A stretch of DNA of 64,000 bases, counting the filler, from Stramenopiles sp. TOSAG23-6 (Eukaryota): NCBI GenBank assembly GCA_900128565.1. It is 21 parts of 21 records of this genome, joined end to end, with 100 filler letters (N's around TTAATTAATTAA, not from the genome) between each part and the next. Parts side by side here need not be neighbours in the genome. Positions count along the whole stretch, not along the records: positions 61,341 to 64,000 come from LT637891.1; 20 more parts are not named here. One strand, written 5' to 3'. The notes under the pieces were generated by a model. That model was not told where the DNA came from. It searched no databases and saw only the letters and a program-made list of their open reading frames with translations. The position numbers and the translations under genes were made by a program. Positions 62,388-64,000 of this stretch are shown piece after piece (the first letter of the stretch is position 1; the number at the start of each line of letters is the position of its first letter).

Positions 62388-63473
62388 ATGGCCACTGACC
62401 CTTCAGAAATTGAGGCTACACGTAGGTTTCACAAGATAGCAATCAACAAGAGCTCCGTGTTTGAGCTTGATGTACGATATAAAAATTTGAAACCTGTAGG
62501 TAGTGGTTCATATGGTCTTGTCTGTGCTGCAGATGACACTGTGACTGGAACCCGCGTAGCCATAAAGAAAGTCGCAGATGTCTTTGATGATTTAGTCGAT
62601 GCAAAACGTATTCTACGCGAAATTAAGTTATTATCTCATCTGGGTTCGCATGAAAATGTTGTAGATATTAAAGATATCATGACGTTGCCCCACGGAACAA
62701 AAGATTTCAAAGATTTGTACATTGTGACAGACCTATTCGAATGTGATTTGGACCGTATTGTATCTTCCAGTCAAGAGCTCACCGATGCACACCACCAATA
62801 TTTCTTGTATCAACTTCTACGAGGTCTCAAATTTATACAGTCTGCAAATGTTTTACATCGTGATTTAAAACCGTCTAACCTTTTGGTGAATTCCAATTGT
62901 GACCTCGCAATTTGTGACTTTGGCTTAGCACGNNNNNNNNNNNNNNNNNNNNNNNNNNNNNNNNNNNNNNNNNNNNNNNNNNNNNNNNNNNNNNNNNNNN
63001 NNNNNNNNNNNNNNNNNNNNNNNNNNNNNNNNNNNNNNNNNNNNNNNNNNNNNNNAGACTACCTAGATCAATTAAGGCTGATTGTTAAACTCCTCGGCCG
63101 TCCTTCTGAAAAAGATATGGAACATTTAGCACATGCAACTGCAAAGAAAGCATTACGTGAAATGGGTAAAGAACGCGCCGATGCTCGTCCGTTTGAACGT
63201 ATTTTTCGAAAGTATACGAGCAATCCTGATGCCATCGACTTATTGAAGAAGATGCTTGTGTTCGATCCAAGGGAGAGGTGTACTGTAGAGGAAGCACTTG
63301 CTCATCCATATCTCGCTGATCTTCATCAAGAGGGTGATGAACCCGTATCTGAAACTGGTTTTGATTATTCCTTTGTGCTCAAGATAAACGATGATAATAT
63401 TGCTTTTGAGTGTGTAGAGAAAGAAGATTTCTGTTTTTGCAGCAGCAGCAAAATACAGATCTCTTTATTATAA
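62388..63473 (+). CDS. MAP kinase (ERK/plant-like group); N gap over the activation loop, 3' end uncertain
   Basis: GSGSYG.VC, VAIKK, DAKRILREIKLL, VLHRDLKPSNLLVN.NCDL.ICDFGLA, EEALAHPYL. Confidence 0.95.
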   Translation: MATDPSEIEATRRFHKIAINKSSVFELDVRYKNLKPVGSGSYGLVCAADDTVTGTRVAIKKVADVFDDLVDAKRILREIKLLSHLGSHENVVDIKDIMTLPHGTKDFKDLYIVTDLFECDLDRIVSSSQELTDAHHQYFLYQLLRGLKFIQSANVLHRDLKPSNLLVNSNCDLAICDFGLAXXXXXXXXXXXXXXXXXXXXXXXXXXXXXXXXXXXXXXXXXXDYLDQLRLIVKLLGRPSEKDMEHLAHATAKKALREMGKERADARPFERIFRKYTSNPDAIDLLKKMLVFDPRERCTVEEALAHPYLADLHQEGDEPVSETGFDYSFVLKINDDNIAFECVEKEDFCFCSSSKIQISLL

Positions 63474-63500
63474 AAGAATATTATTGTGTACATTTTTGTA

Positions 63501-64000
63501 TTATTTTTCTAATAAATCACGTTCAAAAGCTCGCAATTGCAAGGCAAAGTTTGGATTGGGTTGTGCTATTGGTCGCTTTTCCCTCACTAAATCAAGTGCT
63601 GTCAAAAATGGAATATTTTGGGATTTCATTAAATACGCAACTAATAATGCAACAGACCTCGACTTGCCCTGAAAGCAGTGAATTAAAACCCCCCCTTTCG
63701 AGTGTTCTTGTGCAGCTGGATTTAGTTCTGTTTTTGTGTGTGGTGTAACACAACTGCGTAAAACAAGAGACTCCTCGATGAACTTAAAACATGGCTCAAA
63801 ACAGCTGTCCAAGCGTGAAGAGCCATTGTCAAGTAAATTAAAAGATAAGTACTTGAACTCTTCAGGAAATTTGGGAGTCAGATTTGATGCTGCACATATA
63901 ATATGAGTTACACCTAAGCGTCGAAGTTCAGGTAAATTTTCGGCAGCACCAATAGACCCAATGAATATATGCGGAACTACCTCACAAAGTTCTCCGTCTG
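63501..64000 (-). CDS. Dual-specificity protein phosphatase (5' outside window)
   Basis: VLIHCFQGKSRS, AYLM, VREKRP.AQPNPNFALQL. Confidence 0.93.
   Translation of the reverse strand, partial: DGELCEVVPHIFIGSIGAAENLPELRRLGVTHIICAASNLTPKFPEEFKYLSFNLLDNGSSRLDSCFEPCFKFIEESLVLRSCVTPHTKTELNPAAQEHSKGGVLIHCFQGKSRSVALLVAYLMKSQNIPFLTALDLVREKRPIAQPNPNFALQLRAFERDLLEK

Overview
This is not one locus. It is about 21 eukaryotic contigs of roughly 2.95-2.98 kb, in decreasing length order, joined by an artificial 100-nt spacer (Ns-TTAATTAATTAA-Ns), so adjacency across spacers is meaningless. Gene content fits an AT-rich protist, possibly a stramenopile SAG/MAG (inference): BEACH proteins, P4-ATPase, GH38, UVSSA, SNM1, 4CL-like ligase, UFSP2, PP2C, DNA-PKcs, FN3 giant protein, VPS26C, U-box/Sel1, oligopeptidase, ARPC3, YjjX, DnaJ, MAPK, DUSP. 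The main discovery is one repeated intron family, about 70 full or partial copies by eye, mostly 90-140 nt and sense-oriented inside genes. Consensus: RTAYGTTTT...polyT-TTCGTACGAAATTTTGTACCTAAC-(33-47 nt)-AATATTTTTCCAAAATACAT. Restoring conserved protein motifs fixes the boundaries mostly at GT...AT, with GT..TT, AT..AT, AT..AA, AT..TT, GA..AT and only a minority GT..AG. The copies have short terminal inverted repeats (GTAT...ATAC), a 2-nt direct repeat like a target-site duplication, and one back-to-back double insertion. This suggests an introner-like element spliced without a 3' AG requirement. No RNA data are available, so the splicing is inferred.
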